64,000 bases of DNA from an uncultured Butyrivibrio sp. (GTDB taxonomy: Bacteria; Bacillota; Clostridia; Lachnospirales; Lachnospiraceae): the NCBI GenBank assembly GCA_946536145.1, contig CAMNEA010000005.1, positions 16,998-80,997 on the forward strand, read 5' to 3'. This document shows, piece after piece, positions 1 through 10,592 of this stretch. Below the pieces are notes generated by a model, which worked only from the letters and a program-made list of their open reading frames with translations, searched no databases and was not told the DNA's origin. Numbering within the stretch: the first letter of the stretch is position 1; each line of letters starts with the position of its first letter. Made by a program: the position numbers and the translations under genes.

Positions 1-318
1 CTTGCCCCGGTGATGGAGGGGGTTGACAGTTATGTTCACTCCCTTATGTCAATGAACTTTAGCTTTGACATGGCAGGCGTCACTACCACGCGTGATGTGA
101 TATCAAACCTTCCCTTTGCACTTATTTTATCCGGAGTCGTCGCGTGCATTCTGGCTGCTGTTCTCTTTTTGCTTATGCTGTCTGGGAAAGTAAGGCAGGC
201 GTTTGTTCTGGCTTTGATTGTGTCTTTGTATATTTATATCAGAAGTTTTGGGGACATCATTTATCGCGTTGATGTGATGAGGCTTACAGAATATGCCAAG
301 ATTTATCTTGGAAGTTGA
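1..318 (+). CDS. C-terminal part of an integral membrane protein (runs off left edge)
   Basis: Frame 1 is open from position 1 to TGA at 316-318, with two hydrophobic segments. Confidence 0.6.
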   Translation, partial: LAPVMEGVDSYVHSLMSMNFSFDMAGVTTTRDVISNLPFALILSGVVACILAAVLFLLMLSGKVRQAFVLALIVSLYIYIRSFGDIIYRVDVMRLTEYAKIYLGS

Positions 319-336
319 ATTGTAAAGTGCTATAAT
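308..336 (+). promoter_or_regulatory. sigma-A type promoter
   Basis: TTGGAA-N17-TATAAT with an extended -10 TG, upstream of the acyltransferase pseudogene. Confidence 0.55.
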
Positions 337-382
337 CATATGACTCTTTACATATCTGGCAGATTATACAGAGGATGTTTTT

Positions 383-1417
383 ATGGATATAGTTTTGCTG
401 TTTGTACTTCTCACTATTTCATGGGGAGGATGGACTTTAAGAAAAGAACCAATAGAAGGGTACATCAGTCCTTCCCAGACCAGCGCCATTAATTAATGGT
501 ATATTTGTTCTGTTTGTTTTTCTTCGCCATTTTAAACAATATATTGAGCTGGGGGAATATGATGCATATTTTAAGGCATGTGACTCCTGACTTGGGCAGC
601 TTATAGTGACAACTTTTCTTTTTTATTCCGGATATGGAATAATGTATTCTATAATGCACAAGGACAGCTATGTGCGTACTATTCCAAAGAGGACCTTGAA
701 ACTTCTTATCCGTTTTGATGTTGCTATTGTACTGTTTCTGATAGTTGGATTAATGATTGGTAAGCATTACCCACTGCAGAGGATACTTTTGTCATTTATA
801 GGATGGAAGTCTGTGGGAAACAGCAACTGGTATATATTTGTGGTTTTATGCCTGTATGTTTTTACTTTTGTTGCGGACACAATATTTAAGAATAAATACA
901 CTCTTATAGCGCTGTTTGTTGCGGCGTGCGGACTGGGATATATTTTGCTGTCAGCCTGTTGGGAAAGGGAACATACTGGTATGACACAATTCTGTGTTAT
1001 CCGGCCGGGATGCTGTTTTCTGTATACGCTGATAAAATCAATGGCATTCTGAAAAAGAGTATAACCTGCAGAGTGTTATCAATACTGTGTACGTTTGTGA
1101 TATTTTTATTCTTTTATAAATACCGTAGTAATATAAGTGATCCGTATGCCAAGGTGCTGATGTATGAGCTGACAGCAATATTTTTTGTGCTTTTTATCGT
1201 GGCACTCACAACAGTTTTTGTGGTATCTAATGCAGTACTGTCCTGGCTTGGCAAGTTTGTGTTTGAAATCTACATTCTGCAGAGGATCCCAATGATTCTG
1301 TTAAAGGACAGGATCCCGGGAACTGCTCTGTACTTTGCGATATGTTTTGCTATCACACTGGTTCTTTCTGTGATATTCAAAAAAACTGAGGAATTTTATG
1401 CTGTTCACAAGTCTTGA
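383..1417 (+). pseudogene. Acyltransferase family 3 (O-acyltransferase), disrupted
   Basis: Reconstructed protein reads ...YISPSQTSAINGIFVLFVFLRHF...FLFYSGYG...GNSNWYI...FEIYILQ. It needs removal of a TAAT duplication (490-497), read-through of an in-frame TGA (588-590) and one extra T at 943-946. Confidence 0.8.
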
Positions 1418-2809
1418 GTTTATTTTTTTGTTTTTACCAATAGTCATAATCATTAACTTCATTTTGCCGTGGAGCCTTAAGAATTTATGGCTCTTTTTGG
1501 CAAGTCTTTTTTTCTATGCCTGGGGTGAGCCTTTTTTTGTGCTCGTCATGATGGGCACGATCTGCCTGAATTATCTGTTTGCATTAGTAATAGAAAAGAG
1601 TGGGGCCATTGTTGTAAAGAGGCTTCTTCTGGCTTTTGATATAGCTCTGAATCTGGGAGTTCTCTTTGTATATAAGTATATGAATTTTGTGACATCGATC
1701 TTCCACTATTTTAATAGTGATGTTAAGGTTACAGAATTTGTACTCCCTATCGGTATTTCTTTTTACACTTTTCAGGCGCTGAGCTATGTGGTGGATGTTT
1801 ATCGCGGCGAGAAGGCGCAGAAGAACATTGTCCATGTAGGACTCTATATAGCTCTTTTCCCTCAGCTTATTGCAGGACCTATTGTCAGGTATGGCGATAT
1901 AAGCAGACAGCTGTCAGAGCGCAGAGTGACATTCGAGGGGTTCTGCGACGGAATATTCAAATTTCTGATCGGCTTTAACAAGAAGATGCTGATCGCGAAT
2001 ATCCTATCAATAGTTGCGGATCACTCATTTAACAGCAGCTCCCGAACCGTATTTATGGCATGGCTTGGAGCCGGATGTTATACGCTTCAGATATTTTTGA
2101 CTTCAGCGGCTACTCTGATATGGCTATAGGACTTGGCAGGCTCATGGGATTTAGTTTCCCCAGGAACTTTGATTATCCTTACATATCAAAAACAGTGACT
2201 GAATTCTGGAGAAGGTGGCATATGTCACTGGGACAGTGGTTTCGCGACTATCTCTACTTCCCGCTTGGTGGTTCCAGGGTGAAAGGCAAGGGGAGACTTA
2301 TCTTCAACCTCATGTTCGTCTGGCTCATGACCGGAATATGGCACGGCGCTAATATGACCTTTATTCTGTGGGGAGTCATGTATGGTGTTCTGATCTCGAT
2401 AGAGAAGCTTTTGTCCATACCGGCAAAAGTGGATGAGAACAGAACTCTTCGGGTAGTATATCAGACATTTACCATGCTGACAGTAGTACTTGGCTGGGTG
2501 CTCTTTAGGGCAGAGGGGCTTCGCACTGCTGCGGTTTATTTAAGAGATATGTTTGGACTTGGAAAGGGAGGATTAATAACTGCTTCAGATGTCTTCTATC
2601 TGAGGGAATACGGGGTATATATGATTGCCGGTATACTATGCTCAGTGCCGATAGCCGGTGTGTTTAAGACAAGGATCAGGGGCGGGGACGACAAAACCTA
2701 CGCAGTCGCTGACATAGCAGTGTATCTGGTCAATATTGTACTGTTTTTGATTGGCGTATCTTATCTTGTTATATCTGCGCATAATCCGTTTATTTATTTT
2801 AACTTTTAG
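1398..2809 (+). pseudogene. MBOAT family O-acyltransferase (AlgI/DltB-like), frameshifted
   Basis: Motifs LPIGISFYTFQ, FPQLIAGPI, then FDFSGYSDMAIG, FWRRWH, GIWHG, PFIYFNF. Split by a 1-nt frameshift in the T-run at 2094-2098, which may be a sequencing error. Confidence 0.8.
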
Positions 2810-2824
2810 TTTGGGTGATTTTTT

Positions 2825-4387
2825 ATGAGTAAGGTGAAATACAGAGGAGTTATAACGGTGCTGTTTTTGGCGCTGTGGCTATATCTATTTGCCAGCAATA
2901 TTTCGATATTTGGTGATACTGTGAAGAAACTGGCTGGCTCAGAGTTTGAATTTGCTAAGGCAAGAGATGAACTTGTGCAGGCATACAATGACAATCTGCT
3001 GCAGAAATATGATTTTATTAATCTTAATGGACTCTATGTCAGGCTCTCCGGCGGACGTGTGTGCAACAAGATGATAAAACTGAGCAATGGCTCGCTGTCG
3101 GAATATGGTGAAGTGAAGCACAGCATTAATAATAGAGTTAAGAGCATAAAGAACATGTATCAATTGCTTGAGGCTAAGGGGATAGACTTTGTTTACGTTC
3201 AGGATCCGTTCAAAATTGATATAAATAATGTGCTTCTTCCATATGGAGCAGAGGATGAGACAAATAAGAATACCAATGCGATAATAAATGCGCTTAAAGA
3301 TGGGAATATTCCGGTTCTTGACCTTCGCGAAGATATCTCGGATACTCCCGAACATGTGAGTGAGTATTTTTATAAGACTGATCATCACTGGAATTCACTC
3401 GGGGCTTTCAGAGGATTTCAGATATTGTCATCATATTTGCAGAGCATATATCCCGATGAAAAGATTGTTGGGCAATATCAGGAACTTGATAACTGGGAAC
3501 TTCATACAAAAGAGAACTGGTCCTTGGGATCAGGTGGAAAGAGAACCGGCGTTTATTTTGCAGGAATCGATGACCTTACATGGCTGACTCCTAAATTCGA
3601 GACCAAAATGTCTTTTGCTAATGTTTATAAGAACGAGTTCTATAAAGGGGACTTTAGCGACGCCAATATTCGCAAAGAGTATATTGAAAAGCGGGATTAT
3701 TTTGTTGACCATGCTTACTGTGTATATGTTGGCGGCAATTATCCATTGATTCTTCACCGGAATGATATGGCACCTGTTGATAAGAAGGTTCTGTTGGTTA
3801 AGGACAGCTTTGGATTGCCGCTGGAGGCATATCTTTCGACAGTGTTTAGTGAGGTGGACACGATAGATTTACGACAGTATAAAGCTGGAACATTATATGA
3901 ATATATTCTTGAGTCAGAGCCGGATACTGTTATTATGAGCTATAATCCATCTGTCATTACAAATAAGATCATGTTTAAGTACGGAGCAGAACCGGAGATT
4001 GAGGAATACAATAATAAGGCTGGAGAGGTTGTATACAAGAAGAAATCGCTTAACATCAAATCGAATGGAACCATGTCGTATAAATGTAAAGCAATATATA
4101 AGAACCTTGAACCCGGAAAGGTATATCGTCTGGTATGTGACTCTGTAGAGGTGAAGAAAGGAAACACAGAGGGAATTTCCATAAAAGTATCTGATAAAGA
4201 TAAGAACGTTAAGTATGACTGTACCATGTGGGATATAGATTACTGTACGAAAAATGATTCCTTTGAGTGGACCTTTACTGTGCCTGCTGACGCAGATGAT
4301 CCGATGCTGCTGATCTATTCGGGAATAGCAGGACAGACAATGGGTAACGATATTGTAGTAAAGGGTCTTAAGCTATACCATGAATAA
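2825..4387 (+). CDS. DHHW/AlgJ-AlgX-like polysaccharide O-acetyltransferase partner with a C-terminal beta-sandwich-like domain
   Basis: N-terminal membrane anchor, YKTDHHWN and KDSFG motifs, directly downstream of the MBOAT gene. Confidence 0.8.
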   Translation: MSKVKYRGVITVLFLALWLYLFASNISIFGDTVKKLAGSEFEFAKARDELVQAYNDNLLQKYDFINLNGLYVRLSGGRVCNKMIKLSNGSLSEYGEVKHSINNRVKSIKNMYQLLEAKGIDFVYVQDPFKIDINNVLLPYGAEDETNKNTNAIINALKDGNIPVLDLREDISDTPEHVSEYFYKTDHHWNSLGAFRGFQILSSYLQSIYPDEKIVGQYQELDNWELHTKENWSLGSGGKRTGVYFAGIDDLTWLTPKFETKMSFANVYKNEFYKGDFSDANIRKEYIEKRDYFVDHAYCVYVGGNYPLILHRNDMAPVDKKVLLVKDSFGLPLEAYLSTVFSEVDTIDLRQYKAGTLYEYILESEPDTVIMSYNPSVITNKIMFKYGAEPEIEEYNNKAGEVVYKKKSLNIKSNGTMSYKCKAIYKNLEPGKVYRLVCDSVEVKKGNTEGISIKVSDKDKNVKYDCTMWDIDYCTKNDSFEWTFTVPADADDPMLLIYSGIAGQTMGNDIVVKGLKLYHE

Positions 4388-4389
4388 TT

Positions 4390-4418
4390 GTGACAACTTG
4401 GCGATTTTATGGTATCTT
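4390..4418 (+). promoter_or_regulatory. putative sigma-A promoter
   Basis: GTGACA-N17-TATCTT with extended -10 TG, in the gap before the chain-length gene. Confidence 0.35.
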
Positions 4419-4467
4419 ATCTATGTGTTGATAAATATCTTATTATCTTTTTGAGAGGAAATTAGAA

Positions 4468-6012
4468 ATGGATTACAGGGATAACCTTGAAATAGATCTC
4501 ATTGATTTGTGTCACTATCTGCTTAGAAAGTGGAGGACATGTCTTATATTCATGCTGGTTGGCATGGTGGCCTTTGGAGCCGTAGGAGCTGTGAAGTCTT
4601 CGGGTAGCGGCTCGGGCAGTGGGGAGTCAGGTTCCTCATCAATTGCGGGACAGGCGATGAGCCTTACTGAGAGTGAAATAGAGGATGTCAATGAGGCAGT
4701 TGAGCTTTACTTTGAGTATCTCAACCTGTATACAGCCAGGCAGAACTACGTCAAGGACTCAGTGCGGATGAATGTTGATCCCAACAACGTTTCTGTAATT
4801 ACGGAAGTCTTTCTCATCAGGGATTATATGAGGGAAAACAACATATATGTCTCAGATATCAACGAAGCAGACAATATAGTCGAGCTATACAAGAGAGTGA
4901 TCAGCAGCAGCGAAGTGCTTGATGAGGTGCAGAAGGCTTTGGGCTGGAGCGTTGGTAACCGGCTTGTAAGGGAGCTCTTTTCACTCACAAAAAACGGGCT
5001 CGATGTTATGGTACTGACTGTCTATGGGCCAGATGAAGATACCTGCAGGACTATTTCAGGCATACTGGAGAAGGCTATAACAGACAGGGAGAGAGACATA
5101 CAGCGCATCCAGGACCACAAGCTTGAAATTCTTAATACCACTTATAGCCAGGAGTATGTGAGCTCATTTGCTGACGCACAGAAGACACAGGCTGATGCGC
5201 TCAGTGCAATAGAGAAGAGTATGAATGCTGTAGCAGGGACCATGGCAGACTCTCAGTCAGCCCTGTATACTGCACTGGTAGGCGAACTTAGGAAGCCCCA
5301 GTATGAAACAGTAGGTGGACAGGTTGACCTTAGGACAATCTCTGATAAAATAGCAGCGCTTGAAGCCGGGGAGGAAGTGGCAGAAAATGATGTCAGTGCA
5401 TCTGGGGCTGGAGCTTCTGTTGGCAGGATGATTAACAAGAAATATATTTTGATAGGCGCTCTTGCAGGTATTTTTTTGATGCTCCTTATTTACAGCATCA
5501 TATACATCTTCACTCCGAGCCTTAAGACCGGCAAGGAGATTTCGGGTGTGTTCAGATTATCTCTCCTTGGAGGGCTTGCCGGTGATAAAAAGGCCGGACT
5601 TTTTTCAGGAGTTGACAGGTTTGTGGATGATATCTTTGCTGGGAACCGCCCGAGGTTCTCAGAGTCAGAGACTCTGGATATGATATGCTCTGCAATTTTC
5701 ATCGGTGCATCCAAAGAGAGCGCAGGCAAGATCTTCGTCACAGGTACCACAGCCGATGCGACTGCTGCGTCATATATGAACAGGATAGTTGAAGAGGCAG
5801 GCAGGAATAAAGGACAGGATAAGGGACCTGTGCTTGAAACCGGAAGGAGCCCACTGTTTGATCCAAGATCACTGGAGAACCTTTCAGCATCTGATGCGGT
5901 TGTATTCGTAGAGAAGATAGGCACTTCGAGATATGAGGATATGGCTAAGCTGATTGAATTGTGCCAGAATTATAACATTAAGATTTTGGGCGCTGTTGTC
6001 GTTGACAGATAA
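4468..6012 (+). CDS. Wzz/CpsC-like polysaccharide chain-length determinant with degenerate CpsD-like C-terminus
   Basis: N-terminal EIDLIDL..LLRKW, two TM helices around a helical extracellular domain, C-terminal SDAVVFVEK...KILGAVV. Confidence 0.75.
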   Translation: MDYRDNLEIDLIDLCHYLLRKWRTCLIFMLVGMVAFGAVGAVKSSGSGSGSGESGSSSIAGQAMSLTESEIEDVNEAVELYFEYLNLYTARQNYVKDSVRMNVDPNNVSVITEVFLIRDYMRENNIYVSDINEADNIVELYKRVISSSEVLDEVQKALGWSVGNRLVRELFSLTKNGLDVMVLTVYGPDEDTCRTISGILEKAITDRERDIQRIQDHKLEILNTTYSQEYVSSFADAQKTQADALSAIEKSMNAVAGTMADSQSALYTALVGELRKPQYETVGGQVDLRTISDKIAALEAGEEVAENDVSASGAGASVGRMINKKYILIGALAGIFLMLLIYSIIYIFTPSLKTGKEISGVFRLSLLGGLAGDKKAGLFSGVDRFVDDIFAGNRPRFSESETLDMICSAIFIGASKESAGKIFVTGTTADATAASYMNRIVEEAGRNKGQDKGPVLETGRSPLFDPRSLENLSASDAVVFVEKIGTSRYEDMAKLIELCQNYNIKILGAVVVDR

Positions 6013-6035
6013 CAGGCCGTGCTTTGTTGGGATAA

Positions 6036-7475
6036 ATGATGCAAAATGGCGTTTACAGAAAGAAAATAGACAGGGAAATAACCAGAAGCACACTGATACT
6101 GGATGAGATTTCTATAATATGTGCTTTTTTCTCTGCAATACTTATAAGATACCAGGCAATCGTCAACTGGGTAGACAGAAAGGCGGGGATATATGTCAGT
6201 ATGATCATCACATCCCTGCTGTTTGCTGTGATTGTATTTTATGTATTTGATATAAGGGGATTCAACGTGGTTCAGATGGATCCAATAGAAAATTTCCTTG
6301 CTGTTTGCAAGAACCGGTTTTTTTTGTCTCTTCTCACTGTAATGTACTTTTTTGTTACTCAGAGGTCGGTGTTGGCATCCAGAATAGTCATGGGTGTGTT
6401 TCTTATACTTAGTGCAGTTTATGGCTATATTTTCAGGATGATATACAGGAAATACTACATTGATCATCGGGGAATTCCGGGCAACATAAGAACATATCTT
6501 ATTAGGCTTCCGGCTCGTGACATTAGCAAGACCATTGCGGAGTTTCGAGAGGGTGATTATGAGTGTGCTGTTGTAATTCCCAATCATGGCGATGATGAAG
6601 AGACCAAATCTATAATCAAAATACTTGAAAATCATGGCATCAGAGCATTTCTGGCACTTGATAGCATGAACTACAAAGTTAGATCCGGGATGATTGCTGA
6701 TTTTGATTATTATTCGACCATCCCTGCATACGTTAGAAATGAAAGGTTTATTCTTTTTGGTGTAAGATTTTGTATTGCTAAAACCGAAGAAGCGGTATAT
6801 CATGTCATTCAGCATTTAAAACAGCTTAAAGGAAAATATATATGTTTCTCTAATGTGCATACCAGTGTTATGGCGAGAGAGAATAGAGATTATGCACAGG
6901 TGTTAAATGGTGCTGCTCTGATATTTCCTGATGGAGAACCAATTGCCAATTTGGAGAGAAAGCGTGGTTATAAAGGGGCTTCACGAGTTGCAGGACCTGA
7001 TTTTATGGAGCACATGTTCAGAGACACGATGGATGGAAGTGTGAGTCATTTCTTTTACGGATCAACTAAGGAGACACTTGAGGGACTTAGGCGAAGACTT
7101 GAGGAGAAATATCCAGGGATAGATATTAGGGGGATGTATTCCCCGCCGTTCAGACCTCTTACACCTGAGGAAGATGATGAAGATGTAAGGCAGATCAATG
7201 AATCGGGCGCAGATCTTGTCTGGATAGGCCTTGGGGCTCCCAAGCAGGAGAAGTGGATGCGCGAGCATGAAGGACGGATTAATGGTGTGATGCTGGGAGT
7301 TGGCGCAGGCTTTGACTTTCATGCGGGCACGATCAAGAGAGCACCTGACTGGATGCAAAAGATTGGACTTGAGTGGCTATATAGGCTTTTTAAGGATCCC
7401 AAACGTCTTTTCAGGAGATACATTGTTACAAATGCCAAGTTTCTGCTGTACCTTATTTTCAGGAATAGTAATTGA
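6036..7475 (+). CDS. WecB/TagA/CpsF family glycosyltransferase (GT26) fused to an N-terminal 4-TM module
   Basis: C-terminal FSNVH, PDG, RVAGPDF, GLGAPKQE, GVGAGFDF, RAPDWMQKIGLEWLYR. Confidence 0.9.
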   Translation: MMQNGVYRKKIDREITRSTLILDEISIICAFFSAILIRYQAIVNWVDRKAGIYVSMIITSLLFAVIVFYVFDIRGFNVVQMDPIENFLAVCKNRFFLSLLTVMYFFVTQRSVLASRIVMGVFLILSAVYGYIFRMIYRKYYIDHRGIPGNIRTYLIRLPARDISKTIAEFREGDYECAVVIPNHGDDEETKSIIKILENHGIRAFLALDSMNYKVRSGMIADFDYYSTIPAYVRNERFILFGVRFCIAKTEEAVYHVIQHLKQLKGKYICFSNVHTSVMARENRDYAQVLNGAALIFPDGEPIANLERKRGYKGASRVAGPDFMEHMFRDTMDGSVSHFFYGSTKETLEGLRRRLEEKYPGIDIRGMYSPPFRPLTPEEDDEDVRQINESGADLVWIGLGAPKQEKWMREHEGRINGVMLGVGAGFDFHAGTIKRAPDWMQKIGLEWLYRLFKDPKRLFRRYIVTNAKFLLYLIFRNSN

Positions 7476-7492
7476 CAGAGGAGTTTTGCAAA

Positions 7493-8356
7493 ATGCAGAT
7501 TGATGAGAATACAAGAGAACTGGAAGAACTTAACGCATCCAAGAAGATGAATGAAGTCCAGGTATATATGCTGGATATGCTCAAAGAGCTAGTGAAGCTC
7601 TTCGATGAAAACGGGATCAGGTATTATATGATAGGTGGAACAATCCTTGGCGCAATAAGGCATAAGGGATATATTCCGTGGGACGATGACATTGACCTGG
7701 CACTTCCAAGGAGGGACTACGACAAGTTCCTTAAGATTGCCAAGAAAGTTCTGCCTGAGAATCTGACTCTTCGTACTTATTATGACAATAGCTATCACCA
7801 CTATTATTTTGCTCGCGTGGTTGATACCAGATACAAGATTATTCGCCAGGGCAGTCTTAAGGAGAGGGAAGAGGAGCTCTGGATCGATCTGTTTCCGCTT
7901 GACGGACTGCCAAGAAATGGTTTCCTTCAGGTGGTACATAAGGCAAGGCTTCTAAGGCTCAAGCTGCTCTATCACTTTGCCACATTTGATAAAGTTAATC
8001 TTCTTAGGCCAAACAGACCTCTTTATCAGAGAATCATCATAAAGCTGTACATGAACTGGCCGTTTAAGCGCAAGAGAAATTATAAAGAAATATTGGACAA
8101 GATCGATAAACTCCTCAAGAAATATCCACCTGAGCGCTCAGACTACTACATGGAGTTTATGGGAAGTTCAATTCCTTTCCGCGAGACATGCCTCAAGGAG
8201 CAGTACGGCAAGGGCAAGCTTTATGACTTCGAGGATACCAAATTTATGGGACCCGTGGATGCAGAGTTCTATCTCTCTCATGTATATGGAGATTATATGC
8301 AGCTTCCGCCCAAGGATAAGCGGAATTATCACGCTGCTAAGTTTGTCAAGATTTAA
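7493..8356 (+). CDS. LicD family phosphotransferase
   Basis: GGTILGAIRHKGYIPWDDDID, IDLFPLD, YGDYMQLPP. RBS GAGGAG precedes ATG 7493. Confidence 0.9.
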   Translation: MQIDENTRELEELNASKKMNEVQVYMLDMLKELVKLFDENGIRYYMIGGTILGAIRHKGYIPWDDDIDLALPRRDYDKFLKIAKKVLPENLTLRTYYDNSYHHYYFARVVDTRYKIIRQGSLKEREEELWIDLFPLDGLPRNGFLQVVHKARLLRLKLLYHFATFDKVNLLRPNRPLYQRIIIKLYMNWPFKRKRNYKEILDKIDKLLKKYPPERSDYYMEFMGSSIPFRETCLKEQYGKGKLYDFEDTKFMGPVDAEFYLSHVYGDYMQLPPKDKRNYHAAKFVKI

Positions 8357-8383
8357 GGGGTGTTTGCCCAACCGAGGTGCCTG

Positions 8384-9502
8384 ATGAAAGTTACAGTAGT
8401 TGGAGCAGGGAACATGGGGCTTGCCATGACTGCATATATGACGATGAGCCGTAGGGCCAAGGTCACCCTGTTTACCGGAAAAAAAATAGAATCGTTAGAG
8501 CTCGACATGGTCGAGAGAGGGCTGCATGAGAGTGTAAGTGGCTACAGTGTGACAGCTGATCCTGAAAAGGCATTTTCTGATGCGGATGTTATATTTGTGA
8601 CCTACCCTGCATTTTTAAGGAAAGATTTTATAGATAAGAACCAGGAGTTCATCAGGGAAGGAACATATCTTGGATTTGTGCCGGGATACGGTGGAGCGGA
8701 GTATTTCTGCAAAGAGCTTATAGATCGAGGCATCAATATCTTTGGCCTTCAGAGAGTTCCATATGTTGCGAGAGCCAAGAAACATGATGGCCACGCTGTG
8801 GCAGGAATTCTGTCCAGCAAAAAAGAACTGTTTGTAGGAGCCATTCCTATTCATAAATCTGAAGAGATTTCGGAGAATATCGAGATGCTGCTTGATATTC
8901 CTGTTAAAAATCTTAGGGAGTATCTTTCGATAACACTGGCGCCGTCGAACCCACTCCTCCATATTACCGGATTGTATAATGTCTTTAAGAATTACCATGA
9001 GGGCGACAGATATTCTTCTCCACTAAGGTTCTATGAGGAGTGGAACGATGAGACATCAGAAATACTGTTCAGATATGACGCAGAGCTCCAGGATATCTGC
9101 AATCGCCTTGAACCCCTCGATATGAGTGAGGTTGTACCACTTCCTGTTTATTATGAGTCGCCGTCTCCTGTGGATATGACGAGAAAGCTTAAGAGCATTG
9201 AGCCCTTTAAGGCTGTTATGGTGCCTCTTAAGGAAGAAGGAGATGGCTATATACCGGATCTTGAATCCAGGATGTTTGTTGAGGATTATCCGTATGGCGT
9301 TTGTATTATCAAGGATTTTGCGCTAATGCTAGGGGTAGAAACCCCTACAGTGGACATGCTCCTTGAGTTCTACGAGAAGTTGTCCGGCCACAGGTATTTT
9401 AACGAGGATGGCACCTATACCGGTGAGATACAGGATACGGGAGTTCCGCGAGCTCACGGCCTTATGAACAAAGAGGATATTATCGCTTATTATCATAGGT
9501 GA
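8384..9502 (+). CDS. NAD/NADP octopine/nopaline (opine) dehydrogenase family protein
   Basis: Rossmann VVGAGNMG, plus LAPSNPLLH, FYEEW and RMFVEDYPYG motifs of the opine dehydrogenase C-terminal domain. Confidence 0.85.
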   Translation: MKVTVVGAGNMGLAMTAYMTMSRRAKVTLFTGKKIESLELDMVERGLHESVSGYSVTADPEKAFSDADVIFVTYPAFLRKDFIDKNQEFIREGTYLGFVPGYGGAEYFCKELIDRGINIFGLQRVPYVARAKKHDGHAVAGILSSKKELFVGAIPIHKSEEISENIEMLLDIPVKNLREYLSITLAPSNPLLHITGLYNVFKNYHEGDRYSSPLRFYEEWNDETSEILFRYDAELQDICNRLEPLDMSEVVPLPVYYESPSPVDMTRKLKSIEPFKAVMVPLKEEGDGYIPDLESRMFVEDYPYGVCIIKDFALMLGVETPTVDMLLEFYEKLSGHRYFNEDGTYTGEIQDTGVPRAHGLMNKEDIIAYYHR

Positions 9503-9512
9503 AGGAGATATT

Positions 9513-10571
9513 ATGTATTACTTAGATCCGAAGATAGAAAAACTTTATAGAATATTTGACCAGAATGAGAGAAAGGACTACTTAAGGCTCGATCTCAATG
9601 AGAATCCGGGAGGATTGCCTCAGGAGTTTATTAACAGCGTTCTTGAAGGAATCACTCCCCAGTTCGTTGCCCAGTATCCTGAGACTCTTCATTTTACTGA
9701 GGTTCTTGCGAAGTTCTTGGGAACAGACATAAGTCATCTGTGCCTTGTTAACGGTTCTGCTGAGGGTATCCGCTATATCATCCAGGCATTTACTTCACCA
9801 GGCGGCCGTATTGTTGGTGTTGTGCCTTCTTACTTTATGTTTCAGATTTATTCTGAGATGTATGGAAGGGACTTTGTGAAGGTACCTTACAATGAAGACC
9901 TGACTATGGATATTAATAATATCATTTCCGAGCTCACAGAGGACACACAGCTTCTTATTCTGCTGAACCCTAACAATCCCATGGGTAATGTCTATAGCGA
10001 TGAGGAGTTTGAACAGATATTTGTTGCTGCGAAGCAGAAGCAGATTAATACTCTGATTGATGAGGCTTACCATTATTTTTATCCCAAGACATTTATAAAG
10101 TATGCTCTTAATGAGGAGCATGTCTTTGTGACAAGAACTTTCTCCAAATTGTTTGCTATGGCTGGCTGCAGGCTTGGTTATGTGGTCGGGTGGCCGGAGG
10201 GCGTTAAGATGGTGCAGAAGCTCTGTACTCCTCATAACACCAATGCTTTTGCAATGCGATTTGCTGAGGCTGTCATCGAAACCCCGGGAATGCTTGATCA
10301 GCTGATTGACGGATTTTCAAAGGGCAGGAGCTATCTGATAGACTGGCTTGATTCAAACGGCTACAGGCACAAGGGAGAGGCAGGGAACTTTATCTTTATC
10401 GAGCCTCACACAGATGCAGACACCATAGTAGCCAGGATGAAGTCTGAGAAGAAGATACTGATAAAATCCTACAAGGACGTAGGCGAGTTCGGCGACTGCC
10501 TCAGAGTTTCCATAGGGGAGAAAAAATATATGGAGCAGTTCACCTCGGCGCTTAAAGAGATAGACTGCTGA
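9513..10571 (+). CDS. PLP-dependent class I/II enzyme of HisC/CobD type (aminotransferase or phosphoamino-acid decarboxylase)
   Basis: LDLNENP, NGSAEGI, NPNNPMG, IDEAY, RTFSK..AMAGCRLGY, LRVSIG. Confidence 0.85.
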   Translation: MYYLDPKIEKLYRIFDQNERKDYLRLDLNENPGGLPQEFINSVLEGITPQFVAQYPETLHFTEVLAKFLGTDISHLCLVNGSAEGIRYIIQAFTSPGGRIVGVVPSYFMFQIYSEMYGRDFVKVPYNEDLTMDINNIISELTEDTQLLILLNPNNPMGNVYSDEEFEQIFVAAKQKQINTLIDEAYHYFYPKTFIKYALNEEHVFVTRTFSKLFAMAGCRLGYVVGWPEGVKMVQKLCTPHNTNAFAMRFAEAVIETPGMLDQLIDGFSKGRSYLIDWLDSNGYRHKGEAGNFIFIEPHTDADTIVARMKSEKKILIKSYKDVGEFGDCLRVSIGEKKYMEQFTSALKEIDC

Positions 10572-10592
10572 GTACAGATTGGAGGAATCTGC

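Noticed and set aside
9513-10571. Housekeeping hisC or cobD
   Set aside because: No his or cob genes are nearby and it is embedded in the LicD cassette, so no gene symbol was assigned.
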